Shown: one piece after another, positions 20,333 through 29,733 of the stretch | Position numbering within the stretch: position 1 is the first letter of the stretch | Layout of the letters: each line of letters begins with the position of its first letter | Source: Candidatus Altimarinota bacterium | GTDB taxonomy: Bacteria; Patescibacteriota; Gracilibacteria; JBDHUY01 | Length of the DNA stretch: 64,000 nt | Reading direction: 5' to 3' | NCBI GenBank assembly: GCA_039809385.1 | Contig: JBDHUY010000003.1 | Location: 1-64,000, forward strand | The notes under the pieces: model-generated | What the model was told of the DNA's origin: nothing | What the model saw: the letters and a program-made list of their open reading frames with translations, nothing else | The model's database searches: none | Made by a program: the position numbers and the translations under genes

Positions 20333-20809
20333 ATGCCTGAATCGATGCTCTTTATGGTCGGTCTCAAAGCGCTCATAGTCAATCCCAAAGGCGAAGTTCT
20401 GCTGGTGCGCCGCTCGGATGCGAATACCCAAAGTAATGCCTGGGATATTCCGGGAGGACGGATGGAGGTGGGGGAATCATTGACAGATGCGCTGACTCGC
20501 GAGATCCAGGAAGAAACCGGCATGCATCCATCGCATATCGGTCCTGTCGTCTCGATCAGTACATTTGAAGCAAAAAAGCTGAAGACCCAGATCGTGCGGC
20601 TCATTTTTTATGTACGGGTCGATACCGATAGCATCAGTTTAAGCGATGAGCATAAGGAATATATATGGCGTACTATGGACGAAATCGATGCATACCAATT
20701 TATGGACGAGCATTTGAAAGAGAGCTTTTTGAAACTTCGTGATATGCAGAAAAATAATCCCAGCGTGTTAGAGCAACGGTTTATTTTTAGCGATGAGGTG
20801 TGGAGCTAG
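20333..20809 (+). CDS. NUDIX hydrolase
   Basis: Nudix box GGRMEVGESLTDALTREIQEETG. Confidence 0.93.
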   Translation: MPESMLFMVGLKALIVNPKGEVLLVRRSDANTQSNAWDIPGGRMEVGESLTDALTREIQEETGMHPSHIGPVVSISTFEAKKLKTQIVRLIFYVRVDTDSISLSDEHKEYIWRTMDEIDAYQFMDEHLKESFLKLRDMQKNNPSVLEQRFIFSDEVWS

Positions 20810-20947
20810 ACAGTACTTAGTGCGAAGTACCGAATACATAGTTTTTCCACTAATAAAAATAGCGTATACTGTGTTTTTGTATCCAGCTGTATGCTGTCCG
20901 CCGACAGCCCCCACAGGGGCCCCTTTGATTGGGCCTATTCGCCGGTC

Positions 20948-21685
20948 TCATACCTCGTTATCCACATTCGCGAAATTCACGTTCAGTTTGAACTTTTTCT
21001 CAAGCAGTTTGCCCAGTTCCTGAACGCCGAATTTCTCGGTATTGTGATGCCAGGCATTGATGAAATTGATCTTGGCTTCCTTGCAGGTGGCCGGGACGAA
21101 CTCTTTAATATCGCCGCACAGAAACGCATCCACACCATACTGGATCGCTTTATCCAAGTATTTGCACGATCCGCCCGATAAGACTGCCACGGTTTTTATC
21201 ATCTTTTTCCCTGCGGCAATTTCGTACGAATCGGTCGAAAGGATCCGGTTGGTATGTTTCACGAAATCTTTGAACGGCACTTCGCGGTCAAAATATCCCA
21301 CAAACCCGACGTCGAAGGCCCGTTCCATTTTCATCCCCAATTTCCGCAAAATGGTCATGTTGTTGCCGACTACCGGGTGCGCGTCCAGCGGCAGATGATA
21401 GCAGACCAGATTGATATCGTGTTTGAGCAGGAGTTTCAGACGGTCTTTGTAAATACCTTTGAGCGAAAAGTAATCTTTGCCCCAAAACAGCCCGTGGTGC
21501 ACGATGATCATGTCGGCTTTCTGACGGATGGCTATCTGGATGAGGTCCTTATTCGCCGAGACACCGGTTACTATCTTTTTGATCTCTTTTTTCCCTTCCA
21601 CCTGCAATCCGTTGATACAGGAATCTTCAAAATTGCTGATATTGAGATAGTGGTTGCAAAATTGAAGAATTTTGTCTCGAACCAT
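20948..21685 (-). CDS. Nif3/YbgI-like dinuclear metal protein
   Basis: NGLQVEG, VHHG, YHLPLDAH, HHNTE motifs. Confidence 0.93.
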   Translation of the reverse strand: MVRDKILQFCNHYLNISNFEDSCINGLQVEGKKEIKKIVTGVSANKDLIQIAIRQKADMIIVHHGLFWGKDYFSLKGIYKDRLKLLLKHDINLVCYHLPLDAHPVVGNNMTILRKLGMKMERAFDVGFVGYFDREVPFKDFVKHTNRILSTDSYEIAAGKKMIKTVAVLSGGSCKYLDKAIQYGVDAFLCGDIKEFVPATCKEAKINFINAWHHNTEKFGVQELGKLLEKKFKLNVNFANVDNEV

Positions 21686-21893
21686 AGGTTGTATTGCGAA
21701 AAAATATCCTATTTGTAAAGTAGGGTAAACTTGTTATTTTGTCAAAGTCATGTAATCCGGGACGGTATTTTTCTGCGGGAAAGTTTTTGAGCCGATAAGA
21801 CCGCATACCTGCTTTGTTCCTTGAAAGTCTCCTTGGTGGCGTTGATCGACGTCGCAGCAGAACCAAAAAATCTTTCAAGCGCCAATATGGTTG

Positions 21894-22757
21894 TCAAAAA
21901 GCGGTATTGTGCAACTTCAGAGCCTGGCGGTCTTTGAACTGTTTCAATACATAGGAGCCCAGTAAGAACAGAAAGGGAACGGTCAGAAATACCAGATCGT
22001 GTTTAAAGATCCCGCTGCTCAGGAACAGGTTAAATATAAAATGGAGTAAAGTGCTCAAAAACAGCGACTCGATAAAGATGCCGAACAGAAAATGCCCTTT
22101 TTCGGAAGGTTTATGGGACAGGATATGCTGGTAAATTGTATGAAATGTCAGTATCTCGCGTACAAAATCCTTCAGGCTGTGAAAGAGCTTTTCAGACTTT
22201 TTGATCACGTGTTTTTGACTGTGCAGATCGATCACGCCGAAAGCGACAAAGTACCCGAGAAGCCCTGTAAATATAGTATGGGCAAAGGTCGTTCCCAGCG
22301 TTCTGAAAAGATATGTAACCAGAAAGTCCCAGCGCGACAGGAGCGGAAAAAGATCGATAAAGTAGATAACATTCTCAACGAAGGCAAAGCCCAGCGCTAC
22401 CGACATGCCCAGAATAATCCCGTCCAGGTATTGATTGACCGTTGCGCGGAAGCGGTAAATCAGCCAAAAGACGCACGCTCCTTTTATGCTTTCTTCCAGC
22501 AGCGCAAAAATAAAAACGATTCCGGTTTGCGATATGTCCCTGTTCTGGAGACTCTCGATGATGCTTAGTTCCGAATGGCGTACTATATACCATTGTAGTC
22601 CCAGCAGGATTGCCGCGCTGATCATGCCCCACAAAAAAGCCCGACTGAGCGTATTGAGTGGTTCGGGATCGCGGCGATCTTTGGAATAGTAAAATAGAAA
22701 CCACAACAACGTCGGGATAATGGTGATCAGAATCGATAAAGGCAGCGCGTTGGTCAT
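21894..22757 (-). CDS. PrsW-family intramembrane metalloprotease
   Basis: KDRRDPEP, EESIK, GFAFVEN, AHTIF, LHFIFN. Confidence 0.92.
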   Translation of the reverse strand: MTNALPLSILITIIPTLLWFLFYYSKDRRDPEPLNTLSRAFLWGMISAAILLGLQWYIVRHSELSIIESLQNRDISQTGIVFIFALLEESIKGACVFWLIYRFRATVNQYLDGIILGMSVALGFAFVENVIYFIDLFPLLSRWDFLVTYLFRTLGTTFAHTIFTGLLGYFVAFGVIDLHSQKHVIKKSEKLFHSLKDFVREILTFHTIYQHILSHKPSEKGHFLFGIFIESLFLSTLLHFIFNLFLSSGIFKHDLVFLTVPFLFLLGSYVLKQFKDRQALKLHNTAF

Positions 22758-22764
22758 AGGAGTC

Positions 22765-23280
22765 TTAGCGATCAGCTCTGGGGGGTCGCATCAACCACCA
22801 GAGCGGAAACCAAACGTAACGCGAGAATTTGCGATACAGTCCGTATCGTCGGGTCAGGGCGTGCAGGTTTTTTTCTAATATATCAATTCGCCGCGTTTCT
22901 TTGTTAAAATCAGATCTTATTATACTATATACTTTCCTGTTTGTAACGGATTTGTGTTTTTCGGCTACCGAAAGGAGAAAATCGATGTGTTCCCGGAGTC
23001 CTCTCTCTTTTGGTCGCAAACCCGGAGAATTTCCTTTTTGCAGTTGGCGACGGTAATTGCATATACGCTCGAATACCTGGTCGGGTTTAATGATATGCGG
23101 CTGCATGAGGGCGATCAGTAGCGGTATCCGGTCGATCTGGTCTTTCAGAGCTTCCTCGATCTTTGCCTTTTCCATACTCAACTCCTGCTCAAAGAAATGA
23201 TAGCTTGCCAAAAAAAACAGCCAGCTAAGCGTAAAAAAAAGGGTAACAACGATGAGAATCGTCCATATTGCCAGTTCCAT
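22765..23280 (-). CDS. LemA-like membrane protein
   Basis: N-terminal TM then IEEALKDQIDRIPLLI helical bundle. Confidence 0.5.
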   Translation of the reverse strand: MELAIWTILIVVTLFFTLSWLFFLASYHFFEQELSMEKAKIEEALKDQIDRIPLLIALMQPHIIKPDQVFERICNYRRQLQKGNSPGLRPKERGLREHIDFLLSVAEKHKSVTNRKVYSIIRSDFNKETRRIDILEKNLHALTRRYGLYRKFSRYVWFPLWWLMRPPRADR

Positions 23281-23463
23281 GGGGATACATAATCTGTCAT
23301 ATTCGGTTCCCGCCTTCTTATTGTAGCTGTATCCGGGGTTTGCGGGCAAGTGGCTGTACTTCCAAACAAACATTTTTGTCAAATTTGCTTTACTTTTCTC
23401 TTGCGCTTGCGAAAGCGTTTGCTAAAATTAAACAGATTTTATTTATTTTATTTTTTGACGCTT

Positions 23464-24462
23464 ATGTCAGAACAAACAACCTCGCTGAAACTGAGTAGGG
23501 CTACTATGGCTCTTACGCTCGTTTTGGCTTTGGGACTCACTGTCCTTTCCGGCTGTAACAATCAGCCAGGCAATACCACTACTACTACCCAAAGTAATAG
23601 TACTGCGACGGCGGATAAAATGACGCCCAAGATGATGATGGACGGTATGATGAAGATGTCCGCTGCTGATCAGAAAAGCATGATGGAGATGATGATGAAA
23701 GATTCTAAAATGATGGGTATGATGAAGGATATGATGGGGAAAGATATGATGATGGGGGATAATATGATGGAAATGGGGACTATGATGAAAGATGGCAAAA
23801 TGATGATGATGATGAGCGATGGTTCGCTCAAGCCTATGACCAAGGAGATGATGATGAAGGATGGTTCCAAGGTTATGATGGACGGTAAAGTGATGATGAA
23901 GGATGGTAAAGAGATGATGATGGATAATGGTGATATGATGATGATGGATGGTTCTATGATGGAAAAGATGGACCCTTCCATGATGATGGACGATGAAACT
24001 TCCGACGTTATGGTAGGCGGTGCTGCTATGAAGTCTTCATTGAAGATTCCCGAGAATGCTTCCAAAGCTCCGAATCTGACCACGTTGGTTGCAGCTGTTA
24101 AAGCTGCCGGCTTGGTCGAGACTTTGATGGGTGACGGTCCTTTTACCGTTTTTGCTCCGACCAATGCTGCTTTCGACAAACTGCCTAAGGGTACGGTCGA
24201 GACATTGGTAAAGCCAGAAAACAAGGCTACTTTGACAAGTATTCTGACCTACCACGTCGTAGCTGGAAAACTCAAAGCTGCCGATCTGAAGGACGGTATG
24301 AAACTCAAGACCGTTCAGGGTGAAGAGTTGACTGTTATGCTGAATGGTTCCGAAGTCTGGATTGTCGATGCCAAGGGTGGTAAAGCCAAGGTTGAGACTG
24401 CAAATGTATTTCAGGCCAATGGGGTGGTTCATGTCATCGATGCTGTTTTGATGCCGAAATAG
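23464..24462 (+). CDS. Met-rich fasciclin (FAS1) lipoprotein
   Basis: Lipobox LSGC; about 52 Met in about 124 aa; FAS1 motifs [29 protein letters not shown]. Confidence 0.92.
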   Translation: MSEQTTSLKLSRATMALTLVLALGLTVLSGCNNQPGNTTTTTQSNSTATADKMTPKMMMDGMMKMSAADQKSMMEMMMKDSKMMGMMKDMMGKDMMMGDNMMEMGTMMKDGKMMMMMSDGSLKPMTKEMMMKDGSKVMMDGKVMMKDGKEMMMDNGDMMMMDGSMMEKMDPSMMMDDETSDVMVGGAAMKSSLKIPENASKAPNLTTLVAAVKAAGLVETLMGDGPFTVFAPTNAAFDKLPKGTVETLVKPENKATLTSILTYHVVAGKLKAADLKDGMKLKTVQGEELTVMLNGSEVWIVDAKGGKAKVETANVFQANGVVHVIDAVLMPK

Positions 24463-24499
24463 GTCTTTTCAAAACAGAGGTTTTCGAAATGATTCATCT

Positions 24500-24532
24500 A
24501 AAAGGAGTTCGCGGTAGCGAACTCCTTTTTTT
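24500..24532 (+). terminator. Intrinsic terminator
   Basis: AAAAGGAGTTCGC-GGTA-GCGAACTCCTTTT plus T run. Confidence 0.88.
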
Positions 24533-24937
24533 GTGGCCATTTGCTCGCTTCAAACCTAAATCGTCATTGCGAGAAGGCTCGGTACAAAGGGTAATAGTAA
24601 GATATATTCTCGATGAAGCACAGTCTCTCTCCTAAAGCAGGTTTATAGCCTGCTCTTTTCATTTTCCGTAATCTACTTTTTATGTACTTGAGCGTGCTGT
24701 TTCAGATAATGCTTGGCTAGAGTGAGAAAAAACAACCAGAATTTAAAAACAATAATGATTAGTAACATATGAAAGTTACTTCATATGTATGTGCTAGTCA
24801 CCCGCCTACGGGTGACTAGCACGAATCCCTATAGTTTAAGAAAAAGAGGAAGTGGTTTTGTACCTACTTCCTCTTTGATACTGCTTCATTCAGAGCGCAC
24901 ACCATTTCCTCTTCATATTTGAAAGGGAAATGGATTC

Positions 24938-25543
24938 TTATATAGGATCCGGAATAAACTTCAAACCGGCACCATTAATACAGAAGCGTTTGCCCGTGGG
25001 CTCGGGACCATCATCAAATACGTGGCCCAGGTGACTTTTGCATTTCTTGGAAATGACTTCGGTCCGCTCGCCGTCGGGATCGGGGCGAAATTCCACTGCA
25101 TCCGGATTGATCGGAGCCCAGAAACTGGGCCAGCCCGTACCGGAATGAAACTTCTGTTCGGAGGAAAAGACCGGTTCGCCGCAATCGGCTGTAACATACG
25201 TTCCCTTAGCTTCGCTATCGACAAATTCGCTGGTATTCGGATTTTCTGTAGCGGCTTCGCGTAAGATCAGGTACTGTTTTTTGGTTAGCACCTTTTTCCA
25301 TTCCGCATTCGTGCGATTGATCAATTCGGCGGACACATCATAACTCACTTTCGTAAAATCGGGCATCATCATTGCTTCCGTATTCTTCGTATTCATGGTT
25401 TCACTCTCAATTGCAGCATTTGGATTCGCGCTGTTGGCGGGAGAAGGAGACGTGTTCGTATTATTGCGATTTCCCGGTGCGGTACATGCCGACAAGAGAG
25501 ATATGCCGATTAGCAGAGACAGCAGAAGCTTGTTTTTTTTCAT
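24938..25543 (-). CDS. msrB: Peptide-methionine (R)-S-oxide reductase, lipoprotein
   Basis: Lipobox LSAC; KFHSGTGWPSF, HLGHVFDDGP, RFCIN. Confidence 0.95.
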   Translation of the reverse strand: MKKNKLLLSLLIGISLLSACTAPGNRNNTNTSPSPANSANPNAAIESETMNTKNTEAMMMPDFTKVSYDVSAELINRTNAEWKKVLTKKQYLILREAATENPNTSEFVDSEAKGTYVTADCGEPVFSSEQKFHSGTGWPSFWAPINPDAVEFRPDPDGERTEVISKKCKSHLGHVFDDGPEPTGKRFCINGAGLKFIPDPI

Positions 25544-25920
25544 AAACAAAAACGATTACATAATGTAAGGTATGTTTTACACAAGCATTCTACGCACCTT
25601 CGTTTGAGAAAGCAAGACCAGTGAAGTGTCGTTCAACATGAAAAGTGTATAAACTGGCGAATCGAGAATGGTATAATCTGGAATCAGGGAAAGTTCTGAA
25701 ATTTGATAGAAGTTTATTCTTACTTGCATGTATTTTCTACTTTTCGAGATTTTTTGAACGAAATGGTGTAGCTCTTTTTTGCACTTCCCATGATTCTTAC
25801 TTCGTGATTCTTTTTTTCTGGTTTTTGACCACTTCCCGTAATATTGTTTGAACTTAGCGTGCGGGTTACTATAATAATCAGGGCAGCAAGTTGTGCTCTT
25901 TTTGTTCTTCAGATACTCTC

Positions 25921-27015
25921 ATGAAAATTCTGATCATGGCCGGCGGCGGCGGAACCAGATTGTGGCCGCTGAGCCGCAAAGACAGTCCCAAGCAATTCCA
26001 CCGTTTGCTGGGCGACCAGTCGCTGCTCCAGATGACCTTCGACCGTTTTCTCAATATGACCAATGTCGCGCGGGACGATATTTATATTTCCACCAACAGA
26101 AAATTTGCGTCCGAGGTACACGACCAGGTAGATTTGCCCGGCGATCATCTCATCTTTGAGCCGGCCAAGCGCGACAATTCGGCTGCCTTAGGCTTATCGC
26201 TTGTCTCTATTTTGCACCAGACTAAAGATCCTTCCCAGGTCGTAGGGATGTTTGCTTCGGATCATATCATTCTCAATCCGAGTTTGTTTGAAAAAGTTGT
26301 CTACTTCTCTGAAAAAGTCGCTACTAATACAAAACAGATCGTGGTTCTGGGCGTTAGACCTACCTATCCAGAAACCGGACTGGGGTATATAGAAATGGGT
26401 CCCGAGCGAGTTCTGGACGATCCTGCTTTGGGTCTGGAAGCGGTGAAAGTTTTGCAATTCAAAGAAAAACCTGACGCCGCGACGGCTCGCGAATTCGTCG
26501 AAAGCTTCCGCTTTTTATGGAATCTTTGTATGTTTGTCTGCCGTATCGACGTGATGCTGGATTTATACAAAAAACATATGCCCGAACTCTATGCCGGATT
26601 GATGGAAATAAGCGCTGCCTTGGGAACCGAACGCGCCGAGGAAGTGATCGAGCGAGTATATCCTGCCCTTCAGGCTATTTCGATCGATTATGGTATCATG
26701 GAAAAGACCAAAGACGTGGTGGTTATTCCGATCGACAAACTGGGCTGGAGCGATGTGGGTAACTTCTTGTCTCTGTGGGACAGCCTTCCTAAAGATTCGG
26801 AGGGAAACGTCGTTCAGGGGGAGAATGTCATGCTCCACAATACGAAAGATTCTATTATCTACACTGGAAAACGTCAGGTAATATCCCTCGGAGTAACGGA
26901 TATGGTGATCGTGGATAACGGCGACGTGCTGCTTGTAGCTTCCAAAAAGGAAAGTCAGCGGATGAAAGAAGTTATCGCCAAGCTCGAACAACAAAACCTA
27001 CAACATTTACTCTAA
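25921..27015 (+). CDS. manC: Mannose-1-phosphate guanylyltransferase
   Basis: MAGGGGTRLWPLSR..PKQF, EPAKRD, FKEKP, SIDYGIMEK, GWSDVG. Confidence 0.93.
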   Translation: MKILIMAGGGGTRLWPLSRKDSPKQFHRLLGDQSLLQMTFDRFLNMTNVARDDIYISTNRKFASEVHDQVDLPGDHLIFEPAKRDNSAALGLSLVSILHQTKDPSQVVGMFASDHIILNPSLFEKVVYFSEKVATNTKQIVVLGVRPTYPETGLGYIEMGPERVLDDPALGLEAVKVLQFKEKPDAATAREFVESFRFLWNLCMFVCRIDVMLDLYKKHMPELYAGLMEISAALGTERAEEVIERVYPALQAISIDYGIMEKTKDVVVIPIDKLGWSDVGNFLSLWDSLPKDSEGNVVQGENVMLHNTKDSIIYTGKRQVISLGVTDMVIVDNGDVLLVASKKESQRMKEVIAKLEQQNLQHLL

Positions 27016-27178
27016 TACTCCTTCGCAATACAAAGTTAGCTTGGGCCGTTCCACCCAAACTTGAAATTGAGCTTATTGAAAGATTTTGATTCGTATCCCT
27101 TGACGTGGTTCGCGGCAGGCGGCTATGTTTTTCAATGCAAATTAAAGAATTGCTTTTAAAGTTTTTTACCAATTACGA

Positions 27179-27207
27179 TTGAGCCGGTTCCCTTTTCGTC
27201 CTATAAT
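27179..27207 (+). promoter_or_regulatory. Sigma70-type promoter of the minor pilin genes
   Basis: TTGAGC-17 nt-TATAAT. Confidence 0.6.
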
Positions 27208-27301
27208 ATAAAGTACAACTTTTCCATTCCCTATTTCTCCTGTTACGAGTCTATATCTCTTTTCGTGAGGTATAAGCTCTAGCGCCTTTCAATTGTTCCC
27301 C

Positions 27302-27871
27302 ATGTATCCTTTTGCTTCGAAACGCGGTTTCACGCTGGTCGAGTTGATTATTGCCATTACCGTTTTGGTGATCGGCGTCGTAGCGGTATTCGGTTTGTCG
27401 TTTTTTGCCATTCAGCTCAACCGCAGCAATGTGGAGCGCCTGCAAGCTTTGGAACTCGCGCGGGAAGGTATGGAAATGGTGCGTAATATCCGCGACAGCA
27501 ATTGGAAGAACAATTACCCGTTTGCCGGCGGTGCTCCTCTGTGGGGGGAAGACCTGGGGCCGCAGAAATATGTAAAAATCTCGCCGCGTCTAGGGGATGA
27601 AGTTCCGTTCGCGGTGGTTACCGTCGATCCGCAGCAGAGGTCCGAATATCGTTTGAATACAGTCGACGTGTCGGGCGTACCGGTTTTTACCCACGAACAG
27701 GGCACGCCTTCTCCGTTTTACCGTCTTCTTCAGATCGAACCCTATCCGCTTGAGGGTGAAGCTGCCGACGGAGGAGCGATCAAAGTAACTTCTCAGGTGT
27801 CATGGCTTAATGGTGATAAAGAACATACTGTTTCGGTTAGCGAGATTCTGACCGATTGGCGGAAGGTATAG
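27302..27871 (+). CDS. Type IV minor pilin (PilV-like)
   Basis: KRG/FTLVE class III signal; LAREGMEMVRNIRDSNW. Confidence 0.88.
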   Translation: MYPFASKRGFTLVELIIAITVLVIGVVAVFGLSFFAIQLNRSNVERLQALELAREGMEMVRNIRDSNWKNNYPFAGGAPLWGEDLGPQKYVKISPRLGDEVPFAVVTVDPQQRSEYRLNTVDVSGVPVFTHEQGTPSPFYRLLQIEPYPLEGEAADGGAIKVTSQVSWLNGDKEHTVSVSEILTDWRKV

Positions 27872-27872
27872 C

Positions 27873-28040
27873 AGCTTAGAGCTCACAGCTTACAGCTTAC
27901 AGTCTACAGCCTAATACATACTACTTTATACTTCTTACTGGAACCTTTAGAAATTCGTGGAAATTTATAGAAATTGCCAGAAATCTATTGTTCTACTGAC
28001 TGTCCCTACTGATTGCTGATCGCTAGTTGCTAATCGCTTT
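27873..28040. repeat. Patchwork of 7-nt and 10-nt period tandem repeats
   Basis: Six AG(C/T) heptads plus four TAC heptads in register (27873-27942), four GAAAT 10-mers, then CTGA/CTAG/CTAA heptads. Confidence 0.75.
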
Positions 28041-28050
28041 CCTACTTTCT

Positions 28051-28638
28051 ATGAGATCGTGTTCTTCCCGCAAAGCTTTTACTTTGGTCGAACTTCTTAT
28101 CGCTTTGACGATCTTTACTTTACTGGTAACCGTAGGGGTTTTGAGTTATTTGAACCTCTCGCTGGCTCTTAAGCGCGAAAATATTCATCGGAAGTTGTAT
28201 ACTGAAGTGCAAACCGTGCTCGATGATATGCAGCAATTGGGAAAATTTTATGCAATCGACTACGATTGGTATGTGCGTAATTCGATTCCGATAGAACCCG
28301 GTACCGGCAATACCGAACTGGTTCTGATCAGTCGCGACAAGCAATCGCGTATCCGATTCGGATTCATGGACCAAAACCAAGCGTTGGGAACGTATCGCGA
28401 AAAATCCGTCGAGGGAAGTTTTGAACCCGAATCCGGTTTCCTGGCAGATACGCTCAAACCTCTTACCTCCAGAGAGATTCGTATTTCGGGTTTGCGCTTT
28501 TTTCTGTTTCCTGACCAGGCCGAAGATCCGTTTCAGCAGAAAATTACTGTCGCTCTTACCGCGCAGATTGACAATCCGCTGATTGACGATCAGGAGGAAT
28601 TCAGTATTCAGACCACGTTTTCTTCGAGGCTGTATTAA
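28051..28638 (+). CDS. Type IV minor pilin (PilW/GspJ-like)
   Basis: RKA/FTLVELLIAL signal; C-terminal IQTTFSSR. Confidence 0.88.
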   Translation: MRSCSSRKAFTLVELLIALTIFTLLVTVGVLSYLNLSLALKRENIHRKLYTEVQTVLDDMQQLGKFYAIDYDWYVRNSIPIEPGTGNTELVLISRDKQSRIRFGFMDQNQALGTYREKSVEGSFEPESGFLADTLKPLTSREIRISGLRFFLFPDQAEDPFQQKITVALTAQIDNPLIDDQEEFSIQTTFSSRLY

Positions 28639-28699
28639 CGGTTCATTCTAAAGAAGGTTTACGTTTCTTTAAACGTCAAAAGCTTATGCAAAGCGGAGC

Positions 28700-28840
28700 G
28701 AATGCCTCAAATCACAAAATCCAAATGCCAAAAGAAGTCCCGATATCAAAGTTCAAACGGATACGCAACTACTATGGTAGACATTTGAGTTTTGGTATTT
28801 GAACTTGATTTGTCAGTTGGATTTTGTGATTTGGTATTTT
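28700..28840. repeat. Inverted heptad-repeat array
   Basis: CAAATCA CAAAATC CAAATGC CAAAAG arm pairs with TTGGATTTTGTGATTTG arm. Confidence 0.7.
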
Positions 28841-28857
28841 TCGTATAAAGCACTCCT

Positions 28858-29703
28858 ATGCAAGAAACATATATGTACACAATGTTTTTTAAAAAACGTC
28901 CCGCAAACGCGCTACTTTTAAGTATTATTCTGGTTGCGCTTTTTTTGTTTCTGGCATTCGGAGTGACGAACCTGATCATTCAGAGCAGCCTGAGGCTCAC
29001 CTCGGTCGATGCGTCGCAACGCTCTTTTTATGCTGCCGAAAGCGGGGTCGAGTTGGCCTTATTCTCTTTGAAAATCCATTTGCCCGGGTATGAAGAGGAG
29101 GGTACCGAAGAACTTGATCCGCGCACCGGCTTTTCCTATAGTATCAAAGCCCGGGTTCAGACAATTGAAGCGGCAGTCCTTCCCAATCAAACCGTTACGC
29201 TCGCCTTGTTTAAAGATATCGGTCCCCGTAGCACTGTAACGGTTCAGGACATGAGTTCCGCTGACAGCTTTGTCTTTCGTCCGCTTCCATCTGAAGGCAG
29301 TACTGCTTGCTTTCGCTGGGCCATCCTTGGTTTTGCCGAAAAAGAAGGACAGCTTGTCACCGAAAGTATGGGGGATTATGCCTGCCCCTTCGCAAGTACG
29401 GAAATAAACAGTTTGGTTACTACCGGCAAATTTAAGGACACAGAAGGGACGTTTACCGAAAGTTACACTATTCGCGATTTTCTGACCAATCATCATCAAA
29501 GTTATCTGACTGTTACCAATCTGTCCCCGCAAAATAACAACCTCCCCTTTAGCGTAACCTTTCAGGGAGAAGCACTTGCCGACCAGCAATTTACTATCAA
29601 TTCTTCCGGAAAATTTCAAAATTTTACCCAGACCGAGCGAGTGAGCGTCCCGCAGAGCCAACTTCTTCCTATTTTCTATTTTGCCATTTTCTCTTCCCGT
29701 TAA
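28858..29703 (+). CDS. PilX-like minor pilin
   Basis: NALLLSII TM and SFYAAESGVELAL PilX N-terminal motif. Confidence 0.8.
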   Translation: MQETYMYTMFFKKRPANALLLSIILVALFLFLAFGVTNLIIQSSLRLTSVDASQRSFYAAESGVELALFSLKIHLPGYEEEGTEELDPRTGFSYSIKARVQTIEAAVLPNQTVTLALFKDIGPRSTVTVQDMSSADSFVFRPLPSEGSTACFRWAILGFAEKEGQLVTESMGDYACPFASTEINSLVTTGKFKDTEGTFTESYTIRDFLTNHHQSYLTVTNLSPQNNNLPFSVTFQGEALADQQFTINSSGKFQNFTQTERVSVPQSQLLPIFYFAIFSSR

Positions 29704-29733
29704 CCGGTATCTTTTATCATTATCCTTTTTTTC

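Noticed and set aside
23670-24224. Ile-rich antisense ORF
   Set aside because: Reverse complement of the ATG-rich Met tract
25575-25860. Open frame on the minus strand upstream of msrB
   Set aside because: No convincing start or motif; at best a remnant
27040-27200. Cobalamin riboswitch (AAAAGGGAACCGG on minus strand)
   Set aside because: Lacks the following GGTG.AA.TCC and ACTGT elements and points into the 3' end of an antisense gene
27236-27247. 12-bp TCTCCTGTTACG shared with 45138-45149
   Set aside because: A single 12-mer match is expected by chance in 64 kb
27873-28040. CRISPR array
   Set aside because: Units are 7-10 nt with no unique spacers; no cas genes
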